DNA from: an uncultured Pseudomonadota bacterium
GTDB taxonomy: Bacteria > Vulcanimicrobiota > Vulcanimicrobiia > Eremiobacterales > Eremiobacteraceae
Direction of reading: 5' to 3'
NCBI GenBank assembly: GCA_963736005.1
Contig: CAVTNB010000001.1
Coordinates: forward strand, 608,001 to 672,000
Length of the DNA stretch: 64,000 nt
In this document: piece by piece, positions 40,707 through 50,733 of the stretch
How the letters are laid out: each line of letters opens with the position of its first letter
How positions within the stretch are numbered: the stretch's first letter is position 1
Program-made: the position numbers and the translations under genes
The notes under the pieces: model-generated
Told to the model about the DNA's origin: nothing
Database searches by the model: none
Seen by the model: only the letters and a program-made list of their open reading frames with translations

Positions 40707-41177
40707 TTACTTCATCGATCCGCTCATCATCTTCTTCAAGGCCGCCATGCCCCCGCAGTATTGCATATGCACGGCGTGCGGTACGTAGTAAGCGTGAAGG
40801 TCGTAATGCGGAAAAGGCATTCCGGGATGGCCGTGCGGAAGAAAATCGATATCGACGTGGTCGATGGCGTAACCAGGCAGCGGCTTGAGGACGTTATCCC
40901 AGTCCTTACCTGCCGCAAAGTCCTTCGGTAAGAGCATGATTTCGGTAAAAACCGGCTTGCCTTGATACGCTCCGTAAATGGTGGATCCCGCAAGTGGCGC
41001 CTTCGGATTTGCATAGTGCCATCCCATCGTGGGGATACACGGAGAGACTTGCACATAATTGGCGGGGATAGGTTTGGGCGCTGGCTGGGCGGTCGTCATC
41101 GTTGGACTGGCACTCGCTGCGCGCACAAGAGCAACCATTATTACGGCAATGACGAAAAGCGAAAAACGCAAACGCAT
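40707..41177 (-). CDS. Secreted His/Met-rich protein (DUF5602/TTHB210-like)
   Basis: Signal peptide, MGWHY, HVDI, GHPG..PHYDLH. Confidence 0.65.
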   Translation of the reverse strand: MRLRFSLFVIAVIMVALVRAASASPTMTTAQPAPKPIPANYVQVSPCIPTMGWHYANPKAPLAGSTIYGAYQGKPVFTEIMLLPKDFAAGKDWDNVLKPLPGYAIDHVDIDFLPHGHPGMPFPHYDLHAYYVPHAVHMQYCGGMAALKKMMSGSMK

Positions 41178-41319
41178 AACAACCTCCATTGAAGGCGGAA
41201 ACGAGAAGTCTTGCGCGACTAATTCTAGGGCGCGCTGCAAGAACCTGGCGCGAAGGCAAGCGGGCGCACTTTGCATAATCATCTGAGCGTTCCCTCAGTC
41301 TAGCTTCGAGGTTTCGCTC

Positions 41320-43299
41320 ATGTTGTTGCTTCGCCGATGCTTTATCGTCGCTTGCGCCTGCATCATTCTGTGCGTGCCGACTGCAGGCTACACGATCGGG
41401 CTACCCCCGCTACCTAACCCTCCGGCGCTGCCTAAACTCCCCAATCTTCCGATTCCGGATGTGACCGATTTGCTGAACGGTGAAGCGATAACGACAAGCC
41501 TATCGGACGCGGTCACCGGCATACCATTCTTGAACGACTACGTACCTGGACTTGGCAGAAATCTCACCTCGATACCGCACAATTCGAGGGGCGAGTTTGA
41601 TCTCGTATCAGGGTCCTACTGGTACAACGGACGCTCCTATTGTTTGCACGCTGGAAAGCGCGCACCAACATCGGGCAGTTCGTATCTCTATGCACCTCTC
41701 AAAGGTCCGAGGGCGCCGATTATCGAGGACATCTTGCGCAATTCGGCTTCGCATCTCGAGATCCCACAGCCAACGGTCCAGCAACTCATATGGGCGATCC
41801 TTGCCCGAGCCAAGATCAGTGACACGTCGCCCGAGTTGCAAGCGGCAGCGGTCAAGCTCCTCAGTCCCGCCGAGTTATTGGAGCTGAATACGAACGCGGT
41901 AGCATTCATCCCAGCAGATAAGTTTAACGCGTTGCTCTCCAAGATACCAGATCCGATGAGGCCCGTCATCGACGCAGAAAATTCCTTACGTGGCATGTTG
42001 ACCTCGAACGCTACCTACCAAGACATGGAGCGCGTGGCAGTCCTTCCGGGCTTGCCAGAGGCGGGTGGTCAAGCGGAGGCGCAAGCGCAAGTCCGCTGGT
42101 CATACGATCCGCATGGTTTCTTTATGTGGTTCACTCCGCACGGTTATCAGGAAACGACGACGTACCTCGATGTCCCAGGAGCAGTCACAGAACGCACGGA
42201 CCAGCTGGGGCGGATCACAACTCTGCAAGATAATAAGGGCGACAGTTTGGCCGTCACTTACGCCGGCCCGGGCTTAGGGGTAGACGGCGATCCACAGACG
42301 CAATTTTATCACATCGCCTCCCTACGATTTGTCTGGCAAGAGGGCAACGTCCACAACCCAACGCACCACGACGAAACGTGGTCAACAAACCAGCTCGTAA
42401 TGGTAGGCGTGCCAAGTGGCAGCGGCAAGATTGCGACAGCCGGAGCACAAGCCCAGTATGACACGGAAAGCGGATTGCGCAGTCAGTTCTCGGGTTTATT
42501 GCACCAGATTCACGGCCAAGACAGCGCGCTGCCGGAATTGATGGCCCTCGCCGAGTTTCGAACCGCGCTGAAGACGGTCGCAAGTGCTAAGGTCAGCCAT
42601 ACGGAAGCAGCGATTCAGGCTACGACCTTCCCTGTGGGCGCTTGGGAATCGGCTCTTGCTCGTTCTACGGGGGGCAGGGTGGCAGCCGATGTCCGCGCGG
42701 GAGTGGATCAAGCGTTTAACCCCGCGAACAACACCGGGGTTCCCCAGAATAGCAGCGCTCAGCGTTTAGCGCAATCACCGAACCCTAGCTCGTCTTCAGG
42801 TGGGGGCCCGCCGCCGCCCGGTGGGGGCCCGCCGCCCGGGAAGGGTAAGCCTAAGCCCAAGGGACCCGGCAAGCCGCAGGGTCCCGGCAAGCCGCAGGGT
42901 CCGGGCAACCCGCAGGGTCCCGGGAATCAGCCTGGCGGCCAAGGCCCACCCCCGGGTCCGGGTTCCGGAAGTCCCTGGCAGCAGCTAATTCAGCAAGGAC
43001 TTCAGGGAGCCGGCTGGCCGTCTCCCGACGCCAACAATATCCCTTATGATGTTGTGACTGCTGGAAATAACGCCGCCGACTTAAATTGGGAGGACAACGG
43101 CCCAGGCTACCAGATCGACGGCCACACATATCCAATATACGGGCCAAACGGCTTGGTAGAAGGTTGGGCGACGACCGTCGGCCTTTACGTAGGCCCGTTC
43201 AACACTATTGTCGGCGATGCCCACGGAGTCGGTGACTCCCCTGCTTCTTCAATAACCGATGCGGTGCAACAGCTGATCCATTGCTGTCCTGCGCCTTAA
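41320..43299 (+). CDS. Large secreted hypothetical protein with thioester-domain-like motifs and Pro/Gly linker
   Basis: Signal peptide, SYCLH...VQQLIW, GPG(K/N)PQ repeats. Confidence 0.7.
   Translation: MLLLRRCFIVACACIILCVPTAGYTIGLPPLPNPPALPKLPNLPIPDVTDLLNGEAITTSLSDAVTGIPFLNDYVPGLGRNLTSIPHNSRGEFDLVSGSYWYNGRSYCLHAGKRAPTSGSSYLYAPLKGPRAPIIEDILRNSASHLEIPQPTVQQLIWAILARAKISDTSPELQAAAVKLLSPAELLELNTNAVAFIPADKFNALLSKIPDPMRPVIDAENSLRGMLTSNATYQDMERVAVLPGLPEAGGQAEAQAQVRWSYDPHGFFMWFTPHGYQETTTYLDVPGAVTERTDQLGRITTLQDNKGDSLAVTYAGPGLGVDGDPQTQFYHIASLRFVWQEGNVHNPTHHDETWSTNQLVMVGVPSGSGKIATAGAQAQYDTESGLRSQFSGLLHQIHGQDSALPELMALAEFRTALKTVASAKVSHTEAAIQATTFPVGAWESALARSTGGRVAADVRAGVDQAFNPANNTGVPQNSSAQRLAQSPNPSSSSGGGPPPPGGGPPPGKGKPKPKGPGKPQGPGKPQGPGNPQGPGNQPGGQGPPPGPGSGSPWQQLIQQGLQGAGWPSPDANNIPYDVVTAGNNAADLNWEDNGPGYQIDGHTYPIYGPNGLVEGWATTVGLYVGPFNTIVGDAHGVGDSPASSITDAVQQLIHCCPAP
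42799..42927 (+). repeat. Intragenic tandem repeats (GGGPPP x2; 18-bp GPG[K/N]PQ x3)
   Basis: Direct reading. Confidence 0.85.
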
Positions 43300-43378
43300 G
43301 TGGCAATTGAAATCATTGGAGCCGACGGGTCTACATTCTCATACAATGATAAATAGATCACGTGTAAGGAGAGACATC

Positions 43379-44419
43379 ATGCGTAAGTACTCATTTCAAT
43401 TATTCCTCTTGCTCGGACTGGCCGCGTGGTGTATTTCTTTGACGCGCTCAGTCGGGCTGGCCGAGGCCAACAACCGCGAAGGCTGCATGAATCAATGGCT
43501 GTTCAATGGGGTATGGCGCGTCAAAGTTACCGACGTCGAGCCCGTCATGAACGGTAGCCAGCAACAGGGCTGGCAAGTTACCGAGGTTTGGCGCAATGGG
43601 ACTTCCCGCGAACTGAGTCCAGCCGATTCAGTGCTCAAAGACCAAACTTTGGAACTCGGTAACGGCGCCATTACGGCCAGCCAAACGAGCGGCGGCACTC
43701 TGTCATTGCAAACCGTTACGAATAACAATATGGCCCCGTCCGGCCAGCTCACCTACAAGCAGATCTTCCTAGCAAGCAATCTCAATGCGGATCCATCCAA
43801 CAAACCCAAGGGCCTACAGATCACGTTCAATGGTACTCAACTTGCGCAAGAAACCTCGAAGCCCCAGTTCACTTCGTCGAAGTACAATTTCCACTTCAAT
43901 CTTGGTTGCATGGCGACTGGTGCGGCAGCAAACGCCGAGGGTGGCTCCAGCCAGGTTGCAGCGAATGAAGGTTGCTTGAATCAATGGATGACCAACAGTA
44001 TTTGGAGGATGCGTGTCACCGCATTTTCGCCATATCCGCCCGACGCGCAACCACAAGACCAGACTGGATGGAACATAACGCAGACTTGGGTTAACTCGAC
44101 AGCTCGCAAGGTACAGCCCCTCGGTATAGGAGCAATGCCATCAAACGTCACGGACGAGTTTATCGCGACACAGAGCGGAAACAACGTTTCATCCGCTAGC
44201 GTGGCGGGTGGACTAAGCATGAGTTTCCGATTCCACGTTTTCCAACCACACGAATCATACACGTTCACACAGCTCTTTTTGGGCAGCGGACTGAATGGTA
44301 ACGACAAGCCGGTTCGTGTGCTCGTTCTGTTCGACACGGCAACGCAAAACGCGATACCCGGCGTGCCGCACTATCACTTGCCCGCAAACTTCAGAATCAA
44401 TCTGACCTGCACAAAATAA
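43379..44419 (+). CDS. Secreted protein with two tandem Cys-bracketed beta domains
   Basis: AGGAG RBS, signal peptide, EGCxNQW..N..WR..VT...NF..NL.C occurring twice. Confidence 0.75.
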   Translation: MRKYSFQLFLLLGLAAWCISLTRSVGLAEANNREGCMNQWLFNGVWRVKVTDVEPVMNGSQQQGWQVTEVWRNGTSRELSPADSVLKDQTLELGNGAITASQTSGGTLSLQTVTNNNMAPSGQLTYKQIFLASNLNADPSNKPKGLQITFNGTQLAQETSKPQFTSSKYNFHFNLGCMATGAAANAEGGSSQVAANEGCLNQWMTNSIWRMRVTAFSPYPPDAQPQDQTGWNITQTWVNSTARKVQPLGIGAMPSNVTDEFIATQSGNNVSSASVAGGLSMSFRFHVFQPHESYTFTQLFLGSGLNGNDKPVRVLVLFDTATQNAIPGVPHYHLPANFRINLTCTK

Positions 44420-44467
44420 CAAAGGCGCCCAGCCGTTAGGTTGCGCAAAGGAGATAGGGGTTTGTGC

Positions 44468-44543
44468 TGGAGCGGGAGACGGGTCTCGAACCCGCAACAT
44501 CCAGCTTGGAAGGCTAGCGCTCTACCAATTGAGCTACTCCCGC
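44468..44543 (-). tRNA. tRNA-Gly(TCC)
   Basis: Cloverleaf, anticodon TCC, encoded CCA. Confidence 0.96.
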
Positions 44544-44550
44544 CCGCATA

Positions 44551-46923
44551 TCATAGGTTAGGAATGAGGATGAGCGTGTCCTTGGTAGCTGCCTTGACGG
44601 CAGCATCTGAGAACGCCAACGGTACCCATCGGGCAGCGCTAAAATCTTCGACTTCGTCTTGATAATGCTTGTTGTTGAATTGCCCCGATTCCCCGAGCGT
44701 CAATACCATGGAAGAATTATCCCAGTTGGAGATGTCGTCGACGAGTCTGGATGCAGGACCGTGTTCTGGTTTTGCAGCGTAGACGGTAAGGCCATCTCCG
44801 GCTTGGGGAAACGTTCGGATGTTGAACAACACGTTCAGCGGCCATTGGCGGCCAAGGGGATGATCGAAAATCGCCGCATTCTTCGTTCCCCAAACAGCGG
44901 CAGAGGCAACTCCTTGACCCGCCGTCGCACCTACCGCGTCGGCTGCGCGCGCACACGCACGAGGGAGCGCTGCAAGAAGCGAGTCGTGGGTTATCCCGAT
45001 TGAGGCGAGCGACCGGTTACCCTTCATGACGCGTTCGAAGACGACGACCGGATTGTAGTCTTTTAGATAACGGTCGGTCAGCGTCGATCCCAGCTTTGGT
45101 TCGAGTAACTCGTCGGTCAGTGAACGCTCGAGCGCGACGAGAAACGTGGGAACCCGCGAATCGACCGTTACCCTACCATTCCATTGAGCAAGTTCTGCCG
45201 CAATACGGCTCAATCGCGCATCAGGGTTTCCTTTAAGCGCGTGTGCTGCCATCTGTGCGAGTGTGGATCGCGCTGTATCGATATTGTCCAGTTGAATCGC
45301 GCCTATCGCTTCGGGCGTCATGTGCCCGCCTACCTCAAGACGTTTGTAGATTCGATCGACACGATAGGGAGAATCATAAAACGTTGAGGATCCAACTGGC
45401 GTGCTTCCCGGAGCGAGTTGATTGTTCGCGGTGGCGATGAATCCTCGACTCGGATTGAACGCGTGCGGCAGTTGATTAAATGGTAGGTACCCATGCCAAT
45501 CGTAGCGGCTATCCTGGCCTTCGACCGGAAGCGAGCCATCGCCAGCGATCCGATTGGGAACCCTTCCGGCGAGATGGTATCCGATATTGCCGTCCACATC
45601 GGCGTAGACCCAGTTGAAGATAGGTCCTACGACGTGGGCCAAACCGTCTTCAAATTGATTCCAGTTTGCCGCCCGGTCGAGGTCGCGAAGCAGGTCAAGC
45701 TCGTCACCTCCTTGCAGAATCGTCCACTCCAAAGCGTACGCGGTGCCACCATCTCGCTTGACGAGCGGGCCGTGGCGGGTCACCAGTACATCCAAGACCT
45801 GCGGTAGGCTCCCTTTGACGGCGATACTTTCTCTGCGATGCGAGGCGTGCACCCAGCGCCCATTCACGAGATACTCGTCGGAGGTGGCCGAGCGGAACTT
45901 CTCGACGAAGACATCTTGAACGGCAACGTCACCGCTTGTCACACCGAACGCGATGCGCTGATTGTGGCCAAGCGCGACAAATGGGATGCCAGGAACAATG
46001 AATCCCTCGACGTCGATGCCTGCTCCGTCGAGCTGGACGAGCCAATAGGTGCTAGGCACGGAGTGCTCGAGGTGTGTATCATTCGAGAGCACGGGCTTTC
46101 CGGTTGTTACACGGCGGCCGGCCACGGTCCAGTTATTCGAACCGCTCTGAGGATCCGGAGGAAGCGGGTTCGATTCAAAGCCTTCAGTTGCGAGCGAACC
46201 AAGGTCCGGTGCAGCGACTGCCGGGGTTGTGCTGGACGGTCTATCATTACCCTCAATGAAGTGTTCGAGACTAGGGACCTGCGCATCGAGCAACGCCCTT
46301 GCCGCAACCACGCCGACTCTGCGCTGCAGCAACGCACGCAGCTCCACGCGATCCCACAGGTCGTCAACGCGTTGTGCCATCAGCTTGATGATGGCAATGC
46401 TATCCGTTGGTGTCCAGGGCTGAGGGCGATAGCCAAGCAACCGAAACTCAAGCGGTAGGTGATGGGTTTCGGCGAGGTTGACCCCCGCCGCGTATGCGGT
46501 GGCATCTTGTAAGGCTTGACCACCTAGCATGGTTGCGTCGTGCTGCGCAGCAGTTGCAAGTCCGATGGTTCGCATGTATCGGTCGATACCAAGTGCCGCC
46601 GGTCCCACAATTTCCGACAACTTGCCTTCGGCCGTTCGGCGTAGCAAATCCATTTGCCAGAGCCGATCTTGTCCACACGCAAAACCCTCGCCGAAAAACA
46701 AATCGGCTTCAGAGGATGCTTCGATGTGGGGAATGCCGCGACTGTCGCGTCGGATCGTGACCGGCGCTGCAATGCCAGACACCGAAAGGCTACCGTCGAT
46801 TTTCGGCAACGGAGAGCGAACGATCCAAGCTATGAAGGCGATGAGGAGAGCGAAGATGACGACGAGCCCTAGGACCACGGCTTTGAGTACCGCGGCACGT
46901 CCCTTGCGCAGGCTAAACGCCAT
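44551..46923 (-). CDS. Penicillin acylase family Ntn-hydrolase (peptidase S45)
   Basis: RRD..GIPHI, QDRLWQM, GSNNW, NDTHL. Confidence 0.93.
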   Translation of the reverse strand: MAFSLRKGRAAVLKAVVLGLVVIFALLIAFIAWIVRSPLPKIDGSLSVSGIAAPVTIRRDSRGIPHIEASSEADLFFGEGFACGQDRLWQMDLLRRTAEGKLSEIVGPAALGIDRYMRTIGLATAAQHDATMLGGQALQDATAYAAGVNLAETHHLPLEFRLLGYRPQPWTPTDSIAIIKLMAQRVDDLWDRVELRALLQRRVGVVAARALLDAQVPSLEHFIEGNDRPSSTTPAVAAPDLGSLATEGFESNPLPPDPQSGSNNWTVAGRRVTTGKPVLSNDTHLEHSVPSTYWLVQLDGAGIDVEGFIVPGIPFVALGHNQRIAFGVTSGDVAVQDVFVEKFRSATSDEYLVNGRWVHASHRRESIAVKGSLPQVLDVLVTRHGPLVKRDGGTAYALEWTILQGGDELDLLRDLDRAANWNQFEDGLAHVVGPIFNWVYADVDGNIGYHLAGRVPNRIAGDGSLPVEGQDSRYDWHGYLPFNQLPHAFNPSRGFIATANNQLAPGSTPVGSSTFYDSPYRVDRIYKRLEVGGHMTPEAIGAIQLDNIDTARSTLAQMAAHALKGNPDARLSRIAAELAQWNGRVTVDSRVPTFLVALERSLTDELLEPKLGSTLTDRYLKDYNPVVVFERVMKGNRSLASIGITHDSLLAALPRACARAADAVGATAGQGVASAAVWGTKNAAIFDHPLGRQWPLNVLFNIRTFPQAGDGLTVYAAKPEHGPASRLVDDISNWDNSSMVLTLGESGQFNNKHYQDEVEDFSAARWVPLAFSDAAVKAATKDTLILIPNL

Positions 46924-46960
46924 CCATCATCCTTTGAATACGCGCGTCAACAATTGACTA

Positions 46961-47044
46961 TGGGCAGGGTAGGATTCGAACCTACGTAGCGCGTCGCGCG
47001 GCAGATTTACAGTCTGCTGCCATTAACCACTCGGCCACCTGCCC
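46961..47044 (-). tRNA. tRNA-Tyr(GTA)
   Basis: Cloverleaf with long variable arm, anticodon GTA. Confidence 0.95.
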
Positions 47045-47443
47045 GTGATCGTGGAAATCCTTTGTAGTACCTAACTTTGTTGTGATTTCAGGGTTGCGGT
47101 GCTTCGGCGGCTAGGCCGTTTTTTCGCTAATTTTGTTGCCACTGCATACTTGCATTATGGGAGCATCGCCTTTTTCGTCCCATTTGGCGGTTGCTCCTCG
47201 ACCGCAGCTTCGAGCCTTGCGCAACATCGCATCAACGACCTGGCGGTCGTTTCTTGCATTGAAGCTAGACGCAGCGTAGGTTCAGTGTTAGGGAGCCCTT
47301 GAATTTTGGCGAGTATTCGAGAAGGGTTAGAGATGGTATAATACCTCGAAGCGAACATCGGCCATGAATTGTTCGCGTCAACATGGCGACCCATTTTATC
47401 CTCGTCCTTCCGAAGCTTCTTCAACCTTGAAAGGTAGCTGTTT

Positions 47444-47725
47444 ATGTTCGTAACCGTCATCCATCGCATTAGCAATCCCGACCAGTTCGAGTCGTCGGCC
47501 AAGGGCGCTACAGAGGTGATCCCGTCACACCTCAAATTGCACCAATACCTACCGGGCACAGATCGCAAAACAGCAACGTGCTTGTGGGAAGCGCGTTCAG
47601 CTGAGGATGTGAAAGAATTCCTAGAACCCGTTGTCGGCCACGTCAGCCAGAACGAGTACATACCGTTGAACGCCGATGCTGGGTTTGGCTTGCCAGCCGT
47701 ATCGGCGGCCTCAGGACCTCGCTAG
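47444..47725 (+). CDS. Small hypothetical protein (ferredoxin-like, DUF4242-like)
   Basis: ATCLWEARSAEDVKEFL motif; AAAGG RBS. Confidence 0.65.
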   Translation: MFVTVIHRISNPDQFESSAKGATEVIPSHLKLHQYLPGTDRKTATCLWEARSAEDVKEFLEPVVGHVSQNEYIPLNADAGFGLPAVSAASGPR

Positions 47726-47961
47726 AGACGCGATGCGGCGTTGGGTTGCGTCACAAAACGGCATAACCGCCAAGTACGGTTCGGGCGCGCCTAGTGTTCG
47801 GCTGAATTCAAGGATTGGTTCGGCTCAGTAATAACGGGTGGTTCCCCTTCGCACGAGGCGCGGCCATCAAGATGGTCAGTTGCGCATCAAGCTTGCGGGC
47901 GAACTTGTGGTATCATTCTCACTGCACCTGGGCCAGTAGGGATTGCATTTATCGTCCCTGT

Positions 47962-50733
47962 CTAGGGCTTGAGCGCTTCTTCGACCGCCTGATCTTCCGA
48001 CCACGCCGCACCTTCGGCCGCGAGCTTTTCTATTTCGGCTTCGCTTAGATGCTCGCGCAACGCAGCCACCAGCTTCTCATAGCCCCACTTCTCGGTGTAC
48101 TCACGCTCGTTCCCGAGGTCTTTATATTGCATGTTGACGTAGCCGATGATATGCGCTGCGCTGCGAACTTCTCCGCGCAGCGCCCCGAGCAAGGCAATAT
48201 GCTGCAACGCGACCGCGGCGTTAAATGCATCCTGTGCTTGCCGCGCCCAACGGAGTCCCTCGCGAGCACCTATCCCCGCTCCATTCAAGTCTCCTAACGC
48301 GATGCGATAGGCGGAGCTATTGTTGTAGACGACTGCCAAGCGATGTGCGTTCTTCCCACGCATCTCCATTTCCAAGGTCGCGCTCACTGAGCGAAGCGCC
48401 TCTTCGGCACTCCCTTCTTTGAACTCCAGCTCTGCGAGATTTAACAGCACTCGGCCCATCCCCAACTCGTCTCCGAGCGCTTTGTATGCCGCAAGCGCCT
48501 CCGCAAACAACGCATGCCCCGCAGCGAAATCGCCGCGATCCGACTGGATAAACGCCTGCACGTTTAGGCAGTTAGCCACTCCCCGTTTATCTCCTGACTC
48601 GCGCATCGCCACTAGCGCTCGTGTGTTTATCCCAAGTGCCTCCTCGAGACGGCCCATTTGGTCGAGACCGAACGCAAGACTTATGGACGCCCAGGCCACC
48701 CCACGACTGTCGCTCGCCAACTGGTACATCTCGACGGCGCGTTTGGCGCAGTCGTACTTGTGCCTGCCGGAGAAAGACCCACTAAGCGAAAGCCACATCC
48801 GAGCTGCCGCCTCCGGGTGCGTTGATTCGTCGAGGGCTGCTTGCGCAAGACCGATCCAATAGCGCCCCTCCAGCGCTAGTCCGCCGTCAAACCAAAGGTG
48901 CTGAAGCGCCCCAGCAGCGGCAGCACCCAATGCCACGTCGCGTCCATCTTTCAGCGTCCACTCCAGCAGGGCGCGGTAGTTGTCCAGTTCCATTTCTACG
49001 CTCGCCAGCCACGCCGAAGTTGAGCCTATACCGTAGCGTTTGTCGGCATCGTGTGCTTGGTCACGAAAGTATTCGGCGTGGCGGCGGGCCAGCCGTTCGC
49101 GGTCGCCTGTTGCCGTCAGCTTCTCCAGAGCGTAGGCCCTAGTGGATTCAAGCAAATGGTAGCGCTCCTGTGCGCCACCCGTATCAGCCACCACGAGCGA
49201 CTTGTCGGTCAAAGATGAAAGCAAGTCCAACACGTCGATCTCATCGAGGCCCTCGCCGGCGCACACCGCTGTGGCCGCATCCAAGCTAAAGCCTCCAGCG
49301 AAAATCGCTGTCCGCCTGAACAACATCTGCTCCTGTGGGGTGAGAAGGTCGTAGGACCAGTCGATGAGCGCACTCAGCGTCTTTTGGCGTGGCAGCGCAG
49401 TTCGGCTACCGCCAGTGAGGATCTTAAAGCGTTCATTGAGCCGCTGCGCGAGGTTCGGGATACTCAACACCTTCACCCGAGCAGCGGCGAGTTCGATGGC
49501 GAGCGGAATACCATCAAGACGGCGACATATCTCGGCAACGACCGGGGCCGTGTCGTCGGTCAGGGAGAAGGACCGATCGATTAACTGCGCCCTATCCACA
49601 AAGAGTGCCACCGCACCAAATTCCACGGCCGCCTCAGGCGTTAGGTCAGCGATCTTGTGCGGCACGTCGAGTGAAGAAAGCCGCATGACCTGTTCGCCGC
49701 TCACCCCAAGCGCCTGACGTGACGTGGATAGAATGCGCACCTGTGGACAGTTGCGGTGAATGGCGTCAGCCAAAATGGCAACGGGTCCCAACAAATGCTC
49801 GCAATTGTCCAGGATCAACAATAAGGTCTTCCTTTTGAGCCATGGCGGAATGGACTCATCGACTCTGCGGCCTTCCACTTGGCTCATGCCTACCACTTTG
49901 GCGATGACACTTGAGACAAGCTCGGGGTCGGTGATGGCCGCAAAGTCCACCAACCAGACACCGTCAGGGTAGTGATCCAACAAATCTGCACCAACCTGAA
50001 TCGCCAGCCGTGTCTTGCCGATACCGCCCGCCCCCACAAGCGTTAACAATCGGTGGGCGGCGAGCAGTTTGTCTACGCCTTCGAGATCGTGCTCGCGACC
50101 ACGAAAGCTCGTGACCTGCATCGGCAGATTGTTGGGCAGCGTGTCGAGCGATTTGAGCGGCGGGAAGTCTGCAAGCAGACCCTCGATGGTGAGTTGCCAA
50201 ACTTGCTCGGCCTCGGTGAGGTCCTTGAGCCGATGCGAGCCGAGGTCTAAGAGCGACACGCCTGCGGGAAGATCGCTATGGGCCAGTTCGCGAGTGGAAC
50301 CTGACAGCAGCACTTGACCGCCGTGGCCGATGGACATGAGTCGCGCCGTACGGTTAACGGCTGGGCCGAGGTAATCGGCGTTGCGCTCCTCTGCGTATCC
50401 CGTGTGTAGACCCATGCGCACGCGCAAACCGTCAACATTTGTAAAATCTTCTTTGGCCAATGCAAGCTGTGCATGAAGAGCTGCGTGAACCGCATCAGGT
50501 GCAGTGGGAAACGCAGCGCAGAACGCATCGCCCATAATCTTGAAGACGTAACCGCCATGCTGCTTGATCGCAACGGTCATAAGCTGCTCGTGACGCGCCA
50601 AAGCAGCCTTCATCGCCTCGCGGTGCTGCTCCCAACGTTGCGTTGAGCCTTCGATGTCGGAAAATAGAAATGTCACCGTACCCGTAGGTAAAGTGTCGAG
50701 GCCTTTGGTCTCGGCCCCACTTTCGGGTGGCAT
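47962..50733 (-). CDS. Class III adenylate/guanylate cyclase fused to STAND NTPase and TPR repeats
   Basis: FSDIEGST, GDAF, VNRTAR; GAGGIGKT, LDNCEH, GIPLAIELAA; C-terminal TPRs. Confidence 0.92.
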   Translation of the reverse strand: MPPESGAETKGLDTLPTGTVTFLFSDIEGSTQRWEQHREAMKAALARHEQLMTVAIKQHGGYVFKIMGDAFCAAFPTAPDAVHAALHAQLALAKEDFTNVDGLRVRMGLHTGYAEERNADYLGPAVNRTARLMSIGHGGQVLLSGSTRELAHSDLPAGVSLLDLGSHRLKDLTEAEQVWQLTIEGLLADFPPLKSLDTLPNNLPMQVTSFRGREHDLEGVDKLLAAHRLLTLVGAGGIGKTRLAIQVGADLLDHYPDGVWLVDFAAITDPELVSSVIAKVVGMSQVEGRRVDESIPPWLKRKTLLLILDNCEHLLGPVAILADAIHRNCPQVRILSTSRQALGVSGEQVMRLSSLDVPHKIADLTPEAAVEFGAVALFVDRAQLIDRSFSLTDDTAPVVAEICRRLDGIPLAIELAAARVKVLSIPNLAQRLNERFKILTGGSRTALPRQKTLSALIDWSYDLLTPQEQMLFRRTAIFAGGFSLDAATAVCAGEGLDEIDVLDLLSSLTDKSLVVADTGGAQERYHLLESTRAYALEKLTATGDRERLARRHAEYFRDQAHDADKRYGIGSTSAWLASVEMELDNYRALLEWTLKDGRDVALGAAAAGALQHLWFDGGLALEGRYWIGLAQAALDESTHPEAAARMWLSLSGSFSGRHKYDCAKRAVEMYQLASDSRGVAWASISLAFGLDQMGRLEEALGINTRALVAMRESGDKRGVANCLNVQAFIQSDRGDFAAGHALFAEALAAYKALGDELGMGRVLLNLAELEFKEGSAEEALRSVSATLEMEMRGKNAHRLAVVYNNSSAYRIALGDLNGAGIGAREGLRWARQAQDAFNAAVALQHIALLGALRGEVRSAAHIIGYVNMQYKDLGNEREYTEKWGYEKLVAALREHLSEAEIEKLAAEGAAWSEDQAVEEALKP

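Noticed and set aside
42799..42927. Collagen-like domain
   Set aside because: Gly-X-Y periodicity lasts only a few triplets; better described as a Pro/Gly linker
47155..47661. 168-aa minus-strand ORF
   Set aside because: Overlaps the better-supported plus-strand 93-aa gene and has no coherent domain
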